Source of the DNA: an uncultured Acidimicrobiia bacterium
Lineage (GTDB): Bacteria > Actinomycetota > Acidimicrobiia > Spongiisociales > JAOTWH01
Assembly: GCA_964347285.1 (NCBI GenBank)
Contig: CAYFYE010000002.1
Coordinates: 11,075-75,074, forward strand
Reading direction: 5' to 3'
DNA length: 64,000 bases
The position numbers and the translations under genes were made by a program. The notes beneath the pieces are model-generated. The model made no database searches. It worked only from the letters and a program-made list of their open reading frames with translations, and had not been told where the DNA came from. Within the stretch, counting starts at the first letter, position 1, and each line of letters opens with the position of its first letter. Positions 28,744-39,141 of this stretch are shown in pieces.

Positions 28744-30441
28744 ATGGGCCGTCCGGCCCGACGCGCACTGAACATTCGATTGCTGGCGATCGGGACCGTG
28801 CTGCTGCTGGCCTGGATCGCGGTAGCTGCTCGTTTGTTCGAGGTGCAGGCGGTACGTGCCGAGGCATACGCAGCTCGTGGCATGGAGCAGCGTCTGCGCC
28901 GGGAGGTCCTGGCCGCCGACCGGGGGACGATCTTCGATCGGGACGGCAACGAGCTGGCCGTCACCGTGGATGCCATCACGGTGTACGCCAACCCGCTCCA
29001 GGTGGAAGATCCAGCCGCAGCGGCTCGGCTGATTGCGCCATTCGCCGGCGTCGAAACCGAGGACCTGGAGGAGCGCCTGCGGCGCGACGCCGGGTTCGTC
29101 TACGTAACCCGCCAGCTGGACCGGCGCCGGGCCGAGGTGATCGGTGATTTCGATCTGCCCGGTATCTATCTCACTCAGGAGCCACGTCGGACTTACCCAT
29201 CGGGTCGGCTGGCAGCCAACGTCATCGGGTTCGTGCGCAAGGACGACAACGTCGGACTGGAGGGCCTGGAGCTGGCGCACAATGAGGTACTCCAGGGACG
29301 TCCTGGGGAGCTGCTCGTCGAAAAGGACCGGGCCGGGGAGGTGGATATTCCCTTGGGGGAATACGAACTCGTGCCACCGGAGCCGGGAGGAGACCTGGTG
29401 CTCACCATCGATCGTGAAATCCAGTTCCAGGCCGAGCAGACGCTGGCTCGGACGGTGGATCGATTCGGGGCGGCCGGGGGCTCGGTGGTCGTTCTCCAGC
29501 CCGAGACCGGTGAGATCCTGGCGATGGCTAACCTGCCGACGTTCGATCCCAACGAGCGTTCCGGAGTGGATCCGGAGGCGTTTCGCAATCGAGCCGTCAC
29601 CGACCTGTATGAGCCGGGATCGACGCAGAAGCTGATCACGGTGACCGCAGCCATCGAAGAGGGCCTCGTCAAGCCCGCTGATGTGTTTCACATTCCCGAC
29701 GAGCTGGTGATCAACGACAAGGTGTACGAGGACGTTGGTGGTCATCCACCCGACCTGACTGTGTCCGACATCGTGACCTACTCCTCGAACGTGGGGACGA
29801 TCCTCCTTCAGCGCCGGGTGGGTAACGAGGTGCTCCACCGCTATCTGGCCGATTTCGGCTTCGGGCGGCCGTCCGGGGTGGGGTTTCCGGGCGAGGCCCG
29901 AGGCGTGCTCCACTCGCCCGAGGATTGGTGCCACTCCACCTGTGGCGCCAGCACCGCCATTGGCTACGGCGTCTCGGTCACTGCGCTGCAGATGGCCTCG
30001 GCGTTTGCAATCATCGCCAACGACGGTGTCTGGGTCGGCCCGCAACTCGTTGCCGAGATCGTGAACGGGGACGGCAGCCGGGAGAGCGGACCCCGCCTGG
30101 AGCGACGGGTGGTCTCGGAGGAGACCGCGGTACAGATGCGGGTGATGCTGGGAGGGGTGGTCGAACGGGGTACCGGGGTCAACGCCCGGATCACCGGCTA
30201 TCAGGTGGGCGGCAAGACCGGGACCACCGAGAAGTTCGTTGCCGAGCTCGGCGAGTACGGGGACGACGTCGTGTCCAGTTTCATCGGAATGGCTCCGCTC
30301 GACGACCCGAAGGTCGTGATTGCGGTGACAATCGACGCGCCGGCCGGCGGCGAGTTCGGTGGGACGGTCGCCGCGCCGGCCTTTGCCGAGATCGCCCTTT
30401 CGTCGCTACACCAGCTGGGGGTACCTCCCGATGCTGACTGA
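28744..30441 (+). CDS. ftsI: peptidoglycan D,D-transpeptidase FtsI (class B PBP)
   Basis: N-terminal TM, PBP dimerisation domain, SxxK (PGSTQK), SSN, KTGT motifs. Confidence 0.9.
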   Translation: MGRPARRALNIRLLAIGTVLLLAWIAVAARLFEVQAVRAEAYAARGMEQRLRREVLAADRGTIFDRDGNELAVTVDAITVYANPLQVEDPAAAARLIAPFAGVETEDLEERLRRDAGFVYVTRQLDRRRAEVIGDFDLPGIYLTQEPRRTYPSGRLAANVIGFVRKDDNVGLEGLELAHNEVLQGRPGELLVEKDRAGEVDIPLGEYELVPPEPGGDLVLTIDREIQFQAEQTLARTVDRFGAAGGSVVVLQPETGEILAMANLPTFDPNERSGVDPEAFRNRAVTDLYEPGSTQKLITVTAAIEEGLVKPADVFHIPDELVINDKVYEDVGGHPPDLTVSDIVTYSSNVGTILLQRRVGNEVLHRYLADFGFGRPSGVGFPGEARGVLHSPEDWCHSTCGASTAIGYGVSVTALQMASAFAIIANDGVWVGPQLVAEIVNGDGSRESGPRLERRVVSEETAVQMRVMLGGVVERGTGVNARITGYQVGGKTGTTEKFVAELGEYGDDVVSSFIGMAPLDDPKVVIAVTIDAPAGGEFGGTVAAPAFAEIALSSLHQLGVPPDAD

Positions 30442-31882
30442 CGGCCCCACCCTCGAGGCCCTGGCCGCCATGGTGGAGGGGAGGGTGATCGGCGACCCCG
30501 ATCGCCGGGTGACCGATGTCACCCACGACAGTCGGCAATGCTCCGCTGCGACTCTGTTCGTCGCTGTGCGGGGACACACGTCCGACGGCCACACCTTCGC
30601 CGCTCGGGCCGCAGACGCCGGCGCTGCATTGTGCGTCGATCACGAGATGGAGGGAGTGGCCGCCGATCAGCTGATCGTGGCCGACACCAGGCGATCGATG
30701 GGGCCCCTGGCGTCCGCCGTACACGGCGATCCCTGGATGCAGCTCGAGATGGTCGGGGTGACCGGCACCAATGGGAAGACGATGGTCACGCATCTGCTGG
30801 AGTCCATCGCCGGTGCGGCCGGCCGCAGGGCGGCGGTGGTAGGCACGCTCGGCGCGCGAATCGGAGGGCGGGCGGTGCCCATCGCCCGAACGACCCCGGA
30901 AGCAACCGATCTCCAGAGGCTGTTGGCGGGAATGGTCTCCGCCGGGGTCGAGCTGGCGGCCATCGAGGTCTCGTCCCACGGCTTGGCCCTGCGAAGGGTG
31001 GATGGGATGCGCTTCGACGTCGCCGCGTTCACCAACCTGAGCCAGGACCATCTGGATTTCCACGGAGACCTGGAAACCTACTTCGCCGCCAAGGCCTCGA
31101 TGTTCGAAGAGGAGCGGGCGGCCCGGGCGGTGGTGTGGATCGATGATCCGTGGGGGGAACGGCTGGCGGCCACGACGGCCCTGCCGGTGACCACTGTTGG
31201 TTTGACCGCTGCCGACGTCGGCGCCCGGGACGTGGAGTTGCGTCTAGACGGCAGCCGGTTCACGCTCGACGCTCCCGCCGGAAGGGCACCGATCGACTTC
31301 TCGCTGGGTGGTGACTTCAACGTGGCCAACGCCCTGGTTGCCGCTGCTTGTGCTCTGGAGTTGGGGATATCGCTCGAGGAGGTGGTGAGCGGACTCGAGG
31401 CCCTGGACCGGGTCCCGGGGAGGTTTGATCGGGTCGATGTCGGCCAACCCTTCGACGTGATCGTGGACTATGCCCACACCCCGGACGGCATCGCAGCGGT
31501 ATTGGGAGCGGTGCGCCGCATGGGTCCCCGGCAAGTGGTCGCGGTCGTGGGCGCCGGTGGGGATCGCGATCCCGACAAGAGGCCCCGGATGGGAGCAGCG
31601 GCCGCCGGCGCCGACCTCGTTGTGGTGACGTCCGACAACCCGCGCAGCGAAGACCCCCTCGACATCATCAGCGCCGTGGCGGCAGGAGCACGCGCCGCCG
31701 GTGCCGAGGTGCTGGAGGATCCCGATCGGCGGACGGCCATCCGGGCCGCCGTGCACCGAGCCCGCCCCGGCGATGTGGTCCTGATTCTCGGCAAGGGGCA
31801 CGAGGAGGGGCAGGAGTTCGCCGATCACGTCGAACCCTTCAGCGATCGCACCGTGGCGCAGGAGGAGGTCTTAGCTCTGTGA
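30431..31882 (+). CDS. murE: UDP-N-acetylmuramoyl-L-alanyl-D-glutamate--2,6-diaminopimelate ligase
   Basis: GVTGTNGKT, DYAHTPD, DNPR motifs. Confidence 0.9.
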   Translation: MLTDGPTLEALAAMVEGRVIGDPDRRVTDVTHDSRQCSAATLFVAVRGHTSDGHTFAARAADAGAALCVDHEMEGVAADQLIVADTRRSMGPLASAVHGDPWMQLEMVGVTGTNGKTMVTHLLESIAGAAGRRAAVVGTLGARIGGRAVPIARTTPEATDLQRLLAGMVSAGVELAAIEVSSHGLALRRVDGMRFDVAAFTNLSQDHLDFHGDLETYFAAKASMFEEERAARAVVWIDDPWGERLAATTALPVTTVGLTAADVGARDVELRLDGSRFTLDAPAGRAPIDFSLGGDFNVANALVAAACALELGISLEEVVSGLEALDRVPGRFDRVDVGQPFDVIVDYAHTPDGIAAVLGAVRRMGPRQVVAVVGAGGDRDPDKRPRMGAAAAGADLVVVTSDNPRSEDPLDIISAVAAGARAAGAEVLEDPDRRTAIRAAVHRARPGDVVLILGKGHEEGQEFADHVEPFSDRTVAQEEVLAL

Positions 31883-33228
31883 ACCGGCTGGTGGCGACGC
31901 CCTTGGAGTGGAATCTGGCCACGGTGGTCGATGCCACCGGCGGCGATGCTCACGGCAGCCTGCTGGTCCCGGTGCACGCCATTGTGACCGATTCCCGCTC
32001 GGTGACCCCCGATGCCGTCTTCGTGGCACTGCGTGGTGAACACCGCGACGGGCACGACTTCGCCGGTGCGGCGCTGGAGGCCGGAGCCGCGGCCGTCATC
32101 GTCGGCACCGGTAGGGGAGGCGGTCTCGAGCCGCGCATCGAGGTGGACGATCCTCTCCAGGCGCTGATCGACCTGGCCGTCCGCCGCCGGGCCGAGATCG
32201 ACGCCCGGGTGGTGGCAATCACCGGGAGCACCGGAAAGACGTCCACGAAGGATTTGCTGGCCGCCGGACTCGGTCCTGATACCTGGGCATCTCCATACTC
32301 GTACAACAACGAGATCGGCGTGCCGCTCACGGTCCTGGGGACCCCGGAAGGCTGCCGTCGTCTGGTGATCGAGGTGGGCAGCAGAGGGCTGGGGCACATT
32401 GCCCGACTGGCGCCGGCGGTACGGCCCCATGTGGCTGTGATCACCAACCTCGGTTTGGTGCATCTCGAGACGTTCGGTACCCCCGAGGCCCTGGCCGCGG
32501 CCAAATGGGAGTTGGTCGCTTCGCTCGGTCCGAACGGCGTGGCCGTCTTGCCCGAGGGAGAGGAGCGGCTGCCCGACCATCGGGGACGGTGCCTCACCTT
32601 CGGTCTCGATGGAGGCGACGTTGCGGTGCGGGATCTCGTTTTGGACAGCGACGGCCGGCCGGCCTTCACCGTGCACACGCCACAAGGACGGCACCGTATG
32701 CGGCTCCGCCTGTCGGGGGCCCACCATGCTCTCAACGCTGCTGCCGCCTGCGCCGCCGTTGCCGGCCTCGGCGAGGATCTGGCCGCCGCCTGCGCCGCAA
32801 TGGAATCGGCCTCGGGATCGCCCTGGCGGATGGAGGTCCACCACGGTTCTTTCACGATCGTCAACGACGCGTACAACGCCAATCCCACCTCTACCGAGTC
32901 GGCCCTGCGGACCGTGGCCGCCATGCCGGGACGGCACATGGCCGTGCTCGGCCTCATGGCAGAGCTGGGTGTGGCCGAGGAAGAGCAGCACCTGCGGATC
33001 GGTCGGCTGGCCGCCGAACTGGGCTTCAACCCGGTGGTCGTGGTAGGTACCGATCCGGGATTGGCCGCCGGTGCCGGAGACGTTGCCGTTCCGGTGGCGA
33101 CGATGGCCGAGGCCCGAGCCGTCGTGTTGGAGGCAGTTACTCCCGGCGACGTCGTGCTGGTGAAGGGCTCGCGGGTGGTGGGCCTCGAGGCATTGGCCGC
33201 CGGTCTCGCCGAGGAGGCGTCCCAGTGA
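31879..33228 (+). CDS. murF: UDP-N-acetylmuramoyl-tripeptide--D-alanyl-D-alanine ligase
   Basis: GTG overlapping murE stop; ITGSTGKTSTK, DAYNANP. Confidence 0.9.
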   Translation: MNRLVATPLEWNLATVVDATGGDAHGSLLVPVHAIVTDSRSVTPDAVFVALRGEHRDGHDFAGAALEAGAAAVIVGTGRGGGLEPRIEVDDPLQALIDLAVRRRAEIDARVVAITGSTGKTSTKDLLAAGLGPDTWASPYSYNNEIGVPLTVLGTPEGCRRLVIEVGSRGLGHIARLAPAVRPHVAVITNLGLVHLETFGTPEALAAAKWELVASLGPNGVAVLPEGEERLPDHRGRCLTFGLDGGDVAVRDLVLDSDGRPAFTVHTPQGRHRMRLRLSGAHHALNAAAACAAVAGLGEDLAAACAAMESASGSPWRMEVHHGSFTIVNDAYNANPTSTESALRTVAAMPGRHMAVLGLMAELGVAEEEQHLRIGRLAAELGFNPVVVVGTDPGLAAGAGDVAVPVATMAEARAVVLEAVTPGDVVLVKGSRVVGLEALAAGLAEEASQ

Positions 33229-34277
33229 TCGCCCTCCTGGTATCCGGGAGCGTGGCATTCGGGATTGCCATCCTGCTGACGCCCTGGGCAATGCGGCTGC
33301 TGCGTCGCTTGGACATCGGACAGTTCATTCGTGAAGAGGTGGAAGATCACTTCCACAAGCGGGGTACCCCCACCATGGGCGGACTGGTGGTGTTGGCGGC
33401 GCTGGGCATCGGCTATCTCGTCGGCCACCTCAGCATGTGGACCCCGGGCGAGGGCTTCGACTTCTCGGTGCGGCCGTTCACCGCTCCGGGAGGCCTTGCG
33501 TTGGGTGCCGTTGCCGGCATGGGATTCATCGGCTTCCTGGACGACTTTTCCAAGGTTCGCCGGGAGCGCAACCTCGGTCTCAACAAACGGTGGAAATTCC
33601 TCGGCCAGGTGGTCGTCGCCGGTCTGTTTGCGTGGGGCGCAGTCGAAGCGGGGGTGAGCACCGAGCTCTCCTTCACGCGCGAGCTCGGATTCGATCTCGG
33701 TCCCTTCTACGTTGTCTGGGTGCTCGTCATGCTCATTGCCACCGCCAACGCGGTCAATCTCACCGACGGTCTGGATGGCCTGGCCGCCGGGTCCGGATCG
33801 CTCGTGTTCGGCGCCTTCGTGATCATGGCTTTCTGGCAATTCCGGAATCCGGACTTCTACCCCATCTCCGGAGGCCTCGACCTGGCGGTGATGGCAGCGG
33901 CATTGCTGGGAGCCACCCTCGGGTTCCTGTGGTGGAACGCGGCGCCGGCACAGATCTTCATGGGCGATACCGGTTCGCAGGCTCTGGGCGGCGCCATGGC
34001 CGCCCTGGCCCTGCTCACCAATACCCACCTGCTGCTCGTCGTGCTCGGCGGCCTCTACGTGATCGAGACCGGCTCGGTCATTCTTCAAGTGATTTCGTTC
34101 CGGGGGTGGGGCAAACGCATCTTCCGGATGGCGCCGATCCACCACCACTTCGAGTTGGCGGGGTGGCCGGAGACGATGATCATCGTTCGCTTCTGGATCC
34201 TGGCCGCGCTCTTCGTGGCGGTGGGCCTAGGCCTCTTCTACGGCGACTTCATCACCACAACAGGGGGTCTCGAATGA
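33225..34277 (+). CDS. mraY: phospho-N-acetylmuramoyl-pentapeptide-transferase
   Basis: GTG 33225 (GTGA overlap); NAVNLTDGLDGLA, PIHHHFE motifs. Confidence 0.9.
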   Translation: MIALLVSGSVAFGIAILLTPWAMRLLRRLDIGQFIREEVEDHFHKRGTPTMGGLVVLAALGIGYLVGHLSMWTPGEGFDFSVRPFTAPGGLALGAVAGMGFIGFLDDFSKVRRERNLGLNKRWKFLGQVVVAGLFAWGAVEAGVSTELSFTRELGFDLGPFYVVWVLVMLIATANAVNLTDGLDGLAAGSGSLVFGAFVIMAFWQFRNPDFYPISGGLDLAVMAAALLGATLGFLWWNAAPAQIFMGDTGSQALGGAMAALALLTNTHLLLVVLGGLYVIETGSVILQVISFRGWGKRIFRMAPIHHHFELAGWPETMIIVRFWILAALFVAVGLGLFYGDFITTTGGLE

Positions 34278-35560
34278 GGTATCTGGTGCTCGGGGCCGGG
34301 GTGAGCGGCACCGCGGCAGCCGGCCTGGCTCGTCGCCGGGGCTATGAGGCGGTCGTGTTCGACGAAGATCCTGCGGCCCTCGGCCCGTTGCGATCCGACG
34401 GTTTCGAGGTGCACGGCGGCGTCTGGTCCCGCCGTCTGCTGGCCAGGGCGGATGCGGTGGTTGCCAGCCCCGGCATCCGGGAGCACTCCCCGCTGATCCA
34501 GGACACGCTTCGGTCCGGGCTCCCGTTGTGGAGCGAGCTCGAATTCGGCTTCCGGCACCTCTCGGCGCCCCTGGTGGCGGTGACCGGAACAAACGGCAAG
34601 ACGACGGTTACCGGTCTCGTGGCCGGCATGGCGCACCGCGCCGGGCTGAGGAGCGCCGCCGCCGGAAACATCGGTACGGCCTTGTCTGAGGTGGCCGACG
34701 GCGACTGGGATCTCGTGGTGGCCGAGGCCTCGAGTTTTCAGCTCCGCTTCGTCGAAGCGTTTCGACCGGTGGTGGCGGTCCTCCTGAACGTCGCCCCCGA
34801 TCACCTCGATTGGCACGGCGGCTTCGAGGCTTACGCTGCCGCCAAGGCCAACGTGTTCGCCGCCCAGGGCCCCAATGACGTGCTCGTCTATGACGGCGAC
34901 GACGTCGGGGCGGCCGAGCTGGCTGCAGGAGCACCGTCCCGGCGTGTTCCGGTGAGCGGAGTACGCCGTCTCGAGGCAGGAGGCGTGGAGGGGGGCAAGC
35001 TCTGGCTGGGGGATGTGGCTCTCGAAGTGGCCACCGCCGACGCCGCCTATGGAGTCGACCTGGTTGCCGCCGGCGTCGCCGCCTCGGAAGCGGGTATCCC
35101 GGACGATGCGGTGGAGGCCGCAATCTCGGCCTTTCGCCCCGGTCCCCACCGCCGAACGGTGGTCGAAGAGCGGGGCGGGGTGACGTTCGTAGATGATTCG
35201 AAGGCCACCAATCCGCATGCCGCCCTGGCCTCGCTTGCGGCGTACGGTCCGGTGGTGCTGATCGCCGGGGGACGCAACAAAGGTCTCGACCTGACGCCTC
35301 TGGTCACCGCAGCGAACGTGCGTGCGGTGGTGGCCCTGGGGGAGGCGGCCGGAGAGCTGGTGGCGGCCGACCCCTCCAAGGTGACGCGGGCAGCCGACAT
35401 GGCTGAAGCGGTTGCGGTGGCCGCTGCAATGGCCGAGGCGGGCGACACCGTTCTCCTGGCACCGGGCTGCGCCAGCTTCGACATGTTCGAGTCGTATGCC
35501 GCCCGCGGCGAAGCCTTTGCCGCCGCAGTGGTTGGGAGGAATCCGTGGCCGGACGGGTGA
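34274..35560 (+). CDS. murD: UDP-N-acetylmuramoylalanine--D-glutamate ligase
   Basis: ATGA overlap; VTGTNGKTT, DDSKATN motifs. Confidence 0.9.
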   Translation: MRYLVLGAGVSGTAAAGLARRRGYEAVVFDEDPAALGPLRSDGFEVHGGVWSRRLLARADAVVASPGIREHSPLIQDTLRSGLPLWSELEFGFRHLSAPLVAVTGTNGKTTVTGLVAGMAHRAGLRSAAAGNIGTALSEVADGDWDLVVAEASSFQLRFVEAFRPVVAVLLNVAPDHLDWHGGFEAYAAAKANVFAAQGPNDVLVYDGDDVGAAELAAGAPSRRVPVSGVRRLEAGGVEGGKLWLGDVALEVATADAAYGVDLVAAGVAASEAGIPDDAVEAAISAFRPGPHRRTVVEERGGVTFVDDSKATNPHAALASLAAYGPVVLIAGGRNKGLDLTPLVTAANVRAVVALGEAAGELVAADPSKVTRAADMAEAVAVAAAMAEAGDTVLLAPGCASFDMFESYAARGEAFAAAVVGRNPWPDG

Positions 35561-36705
35561 TCTCGATTACGTCGGCCCGCCGTCTGGCCCGGACCAGGTC
35601 GGAACGAGCCGGTTACAGGGCCCGCCTCATCGTTTTCGTGTTGGTACCGGTGGCACTCCTGGTGATCGTCGGACTGGGCACCCTGCTGTCGGCTTCGTCG
35701 GTGACTTCGATCCGGGAGACGGGAGACTCTCTCTATTACTTCAAGCGACAGGCACTATGGGCCATTCTCGGTGTGGTTGCTCTGCTGGTTGTGGCCCGCA
35801 TTCCCTACCGCACCTATCAGCACCTGGCCGTACCGCTGCTCTTCGCCACCATCGCCGCCCTGGTCGTCGTGTTGGCCGTCGGAGACGTTCGAGGGGGATC
35901 GCAGCGTTGGCTCTCGATCGGTTCGATGAGCGTACAGCCCTCCGAATTCGCCAAGTTCAGCGTGGTCGCCTTCTTGGCCATGATCATGACGCGGCGAGAA
36001 GGCTCACTGCGGAGCTTCGGGGACTTCTTCTGGCCGGTATTGCTGTCGCTGGGCGTCGTGGGAGCGCTGGTGATGAAGCAGCCCGATATGGGAACGACCC
36101 TCATCATCGGAGGAGCAGCCTTTGCGGTTCTGATGGCCTCTGCGGCTCCCTTTCGGTACGTGTTCGGCTCGGCGGCGCTGGCTTCGGTAGCCGCCGCCGT
36201 GCTGGCGGCCGTGGCTCCGTATAGATGGGCCCGCATCACCAGCTTCCTCGATCCCTTCGCCGACAGTCTCGACACGGGTTTCCAGGCGGTCCAGAGCCTC
36301 GTGGCGCTGGGGACGGGGGGTATCTTCGGCGTCGGTCTTGGTCTGAGTCGGGCCCGGTGGTCCTTTCTCCCCAATGCTCACACCGATTTCATCTTCGCCA
36401 TCATCGGCGAAGAAACCGGCTTTGTCGGGGTCCTCGGCGTGATCGTGCTCTTCGTCTCTTTCACGGTGGCCGGAACGCTCATCGCCTTGCGGGCCGCCGA
36501 CCGCTTCGGCCGACTCTTGGGGATAGGCATCGTGGCTTGGTTGTCGCTTCAGGCGGTGGTCAATATCGGCGGCGTCGCCGGGATCGTTCCGATCACGGGC
36601 GTTCCGCTGCCCTTCATGTCGTTCGGCGGCAGCGCTTTGATGACCAACCTGGCAGCCGTGGGCGTGCTGGTGGCCATCGCCAGGGAGTCCCGGGAGGCGC
36701 GATGA
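35545..36705 (+). CDS. ftsW: peptidoglycan glycosyltransferase FtsW (SEDS family)
   Basis: GTG start; 10-TM SEDS pattern, QPSEFAKF, PFMSFGGSA motifs. Confidence 0.9.
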   Translation: MAGRVISITSARRLARTRSERAGYRARLIVFVLVPVALLVIVGLGTLLSASSVTSIRETGDSLYYFKRQALWAILGVVALLVVARIPYRTYQHLAVPLLFATIAALVVVLAVGDVRGGSQRWLSIGSMSVQPSEFAKFSVVAFLAMIMTRREGSLRSFGDFFWPVLLSLGVVGALVMKQPDMGTTLIIGGAAFAVLMASAAPFRYVFGSAALASVAAAVLAAVAPYRWARITSFLDPFADSLDTGFQAVQSLVALGTGGIFGVGLGLSRARWSFLPNAHTDFIFAIIGEETGFVGVLGVIVLFVSFTVAGTLIALRAADRFGRLLGIGIVAWLSLQAVVNIGGVAGIVPITGVPLPFMSFGGSALMTNLAAVGVLVAIARESREAR

Positions 36706-37781
36706 GTTACGCCATCGCCGCCGCCGGCACGGGCGGCCATGTCTATCCGGGCCTGGCCGTCGCCGACGCGTTGGTGGCCGAGGGGATCGATCAGGACGAC
36801 ATCGTGTTCTTCGGCGGCGATCGACTGGCCGCAGATGTGGTCCCCCCTGCCGGGTACCCCTATGTGCGGCTGACGCTCCAGGGTCTGCGCCGCTCGTTGA
36901 GCCCCGCCAATTTCCGGCTCCCGGGCGTGGTCGTGGCCGCGGCGAAACGGATACGCGAAGAGTTGGTCGAACGGAAAGTGGGCGCTCTCCTCGCCGTGGG
37001 AAGCTACGTGACGGTGAGCGCCGCCTTGGCGGCCCGGCGGGCCCGGGTCCCGCTGGTGATCCACGAACAAAACGCGTCGCCGGGCCTTGCCAATCGGCTG
37101 AGTGCCCCCTTGGCGAGCCGGGTCCTCGTAGCCTTTGCTCCGGCAGCCGCTCGCCTCAAGCGGGCCGAGGTGGTCGGGAACCCACTCCGGCCTCAATTCA
37201 TGGACTTCAACAGAGAAGCCCTGCGTCTCGGAGCCCGGGCTCGTTACGGACTCCCCTCGGACGCCATGGTCGTGGGCGTGCTGGGCGGAAGCCTGGGAGC
37301 CAGGGTTCTCAATGATGCGGCGGCGGCGCTGGTCGCTGGGCGCTTGCCGGGCCGTGCCGCCGTTCTCCATGTGGCCGGCCCGTCCGCCGCTGCCGAGATG
37401 CAACGGCGCGCTGAAGGCGCGTCGGTACCCTGGGTCGTTCTCTCGTTCGAGGAGGCGATGCAGGACTTCTACGCGGCATCAGACTTGGTCGTAGCCCGCG
37501 CCGGCGCTATGACCGTGAGCGAGCTGGCCGCAACCGGCACACCTTCGGTGCTCGTGCCGTTGGCCGCAGTGGCCCAGGAAGGAAATGCCGAAGTGCTGGC
37601 CGAGACGGACGGTGCCCGGATCGTCGCCGAGGACGAGGTGGAGTCGCTGCCGGAGGTGGTGGCCGAGCTGTTGGCCGATGCCGAGAGATTACGGGAGATG
37701 TCGTCCGGCGCCCTCGCCGTTGCCAGGAGCGACGCGGCACGCTGCGTGGCCGACGTGATGATCGAGGTGGCGGGTGACTGA
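36702..37781 (+). CDS. murG: undecaprenyldiphospho-muramoylpentapeptide beta-N-acetylglucosaminyltransferase
   Basis: ATGA overlap with ftsW; GGTGGHV N-terminal motif, HEQN. Confidence 0.9.
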   Translation: MSYAIAAAGTGGHVYPGLAVADALVAEGIDQDDIVFFGGDRLAADVVPPAGYPYVRLTLQGLRRSLSPANFRLPGVVVAAAKRIREELVERKVGALLAVGSYVTVSAALAARRARVPLVIHEQNASPGLANRLSAPLASRVLVAFAPAAARLKRAEVVGNPLRPQFMDFNREALRLGARARYGLPSDAMVVGVLGGSLGARVLNDAAAALVAGRLPGRAAVLHVAGPSAAAEMQRRAEGASVPWVVLSFEEAMQDFYAASDLVVARAGAMTVSELAATGTPSVLVPLAAVAQEGNAEVLAETDGARIVAEDEVESLPEVVAELLADAERLREMSSGALAVARSDAARCVADVMIEVAGD

Positions 37782-39141
37782 GCTCGGAGGCTTCCACCAC
37801 ATTCACCTGGTCGGCGTGGGGGGCGCCGGAATGAGCGGCCTTGCCAAGCTGCTGGCTCAGAAGGGTTACTCGGTGAGCGGCTCCGATTTGAAGCCGGCCG
37901 CCGCCCTCGACGCCCTCAGGGACCTGGGGGTGGATACCTGGGTGGGGCACCGCCCCGAAGAGGCCCGGCGGTGGGATCTGGTGGTGTCTTCTTCGGCGGT
38001 GCCCGCTTCCGATCCCGAGCTGGTTGCCGCCGAGGTCGCCGGGATCCCCTCCTGGAAGCGGCCTCGGCTGCTTGGCGTGCTCAGCAGAGAGACCCCGGCT
38101 CTGGGATTTGCCGGCACGCACGGAAAGACCACCAGCACGGCCATGGCGGTGGCCGGGCTCAGGGGTTTGGGTCGTGACCCGTCCTTCCTGGTGGGAGGGG
38201 ATCTGGTCGACCTCAACACCAACGCCCATCTCGGCGAGCCCGGGCTTTTCGTCGTCGAAGCGGACGAGGCGTTTGGGACCTTCTTGGAGCTTCGTTTGGC
38301 GGCGCTGATGGTGTCCAACGTCGAAGCCGACCACCTGGATCACTACGGATCGGTCGGCGCCTTGGAGGAGGCTTTTGCCGAGGTCGGTGGCGGAGTCGAG
38401 GGTCCGGTGGTGGTGTGCATCGATGATCCGGGGGGACGCCGTCTGGCTAATCGGATCGGGGCCGTTACCTACGGCATCAGCCCCGAGGCAGACTGGACGA
38501 TCGAGATCGCCGAGCACGGGCCGTCTCAGGCTCGTTTCACGTTGCGGGGACGGGGGGAGGCGGCCGACGTAGAGGTGCCCCGCCCCGGCCTTCACGTCGT
38601 GCAGAATGCCGCCGGCGTGTTGGCCACTCTGGCCGAAGTGGGCCATGACCTGGGAGCCACAGCCGCCGGGCTCAAGGATTTCATGGGCGTACGCCGTCGT
38701 TTCGAGGTCCGGGCCAGGATCGCCGGGGTCACCGTCGTCGACGACTATGCCCACCATCCCACCGAGGTCGAAGCCACCCTGGCCGCTGCCCGTCTCGGAC
38801 CGTGGCACACGATCTGGGCGGTGTTCCAGCCGCATCGGTATTCCCGAACCGCCGAGCTGGCGAGCGCCTTCGGACCGGCCCTGGCCCGAGCCGATCGAGT
38901 CGTCGTAACCGACGTCTACGGAGCCGGCGAGGCCCCGGTGCCGGGAATCACCGGAAGGCTGGTGGCCGACGCCGTTACGGCCGCCGGGACCCCGCGGGTG
39001 GTGTACGTCCCCAAGCGGCGAGAGCTCGCCTCCTACCTGTCCCGGCGGACCGAGGAGGGCGATCTCGTGGTCCTGCTCGGTGCCGGAGACGTCACGGCTG
39101 TGGCCGACGAACTGGCCGCCCTGTTGGCTGAGCGGCGATGA
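37774..39141 (+). CDS. murC: UDP-N-acetylmuramate--L-alanine ligase
   Basis: GTG start overlapping murG by 8 nt; HLVGVGGAGMSGLA, GTHGKTTST, DDYAHHP. Confidence 0.9.
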   Translation: MTELGGFHHIHLVGVGGAGMSGLAKLLAQKGYSVSGSDLKPAAALDALRDLGVDTWVGHRPEEARRWDLVVSSSAVPASDPELVAAEVAGIPSWKRPRLLGVLSRETPALGFAGTHGKTTSTAMAVAGLRGLGRDPSFLVGGDLVDLNTNAHLGEPGLFVVEADEAFGTFLELRLAALMVSNVEADHLDHYGSVGALEEAFAEVGGGVEGPVVVCIDDPGGRRLANRIGAVTYGISPEADWTIEIAEHGPSQARFTLRGRGEAADVEVPRPGLHVVQNAAGVLATLAEVGHDLGATAAGLKDFMGVRRRFEVRARIAGVTVVDDYAHHPTEVEATLAAARLGPWHTIWAVFQPHRYSRTAELASAFGPALARADRVVVTDVYGAGEAPVPGITGRLVADAVTAAGTPRVVYVPKRRELASYLSRRTEEGDLVVLLGAGDVTAVADELAALLAERR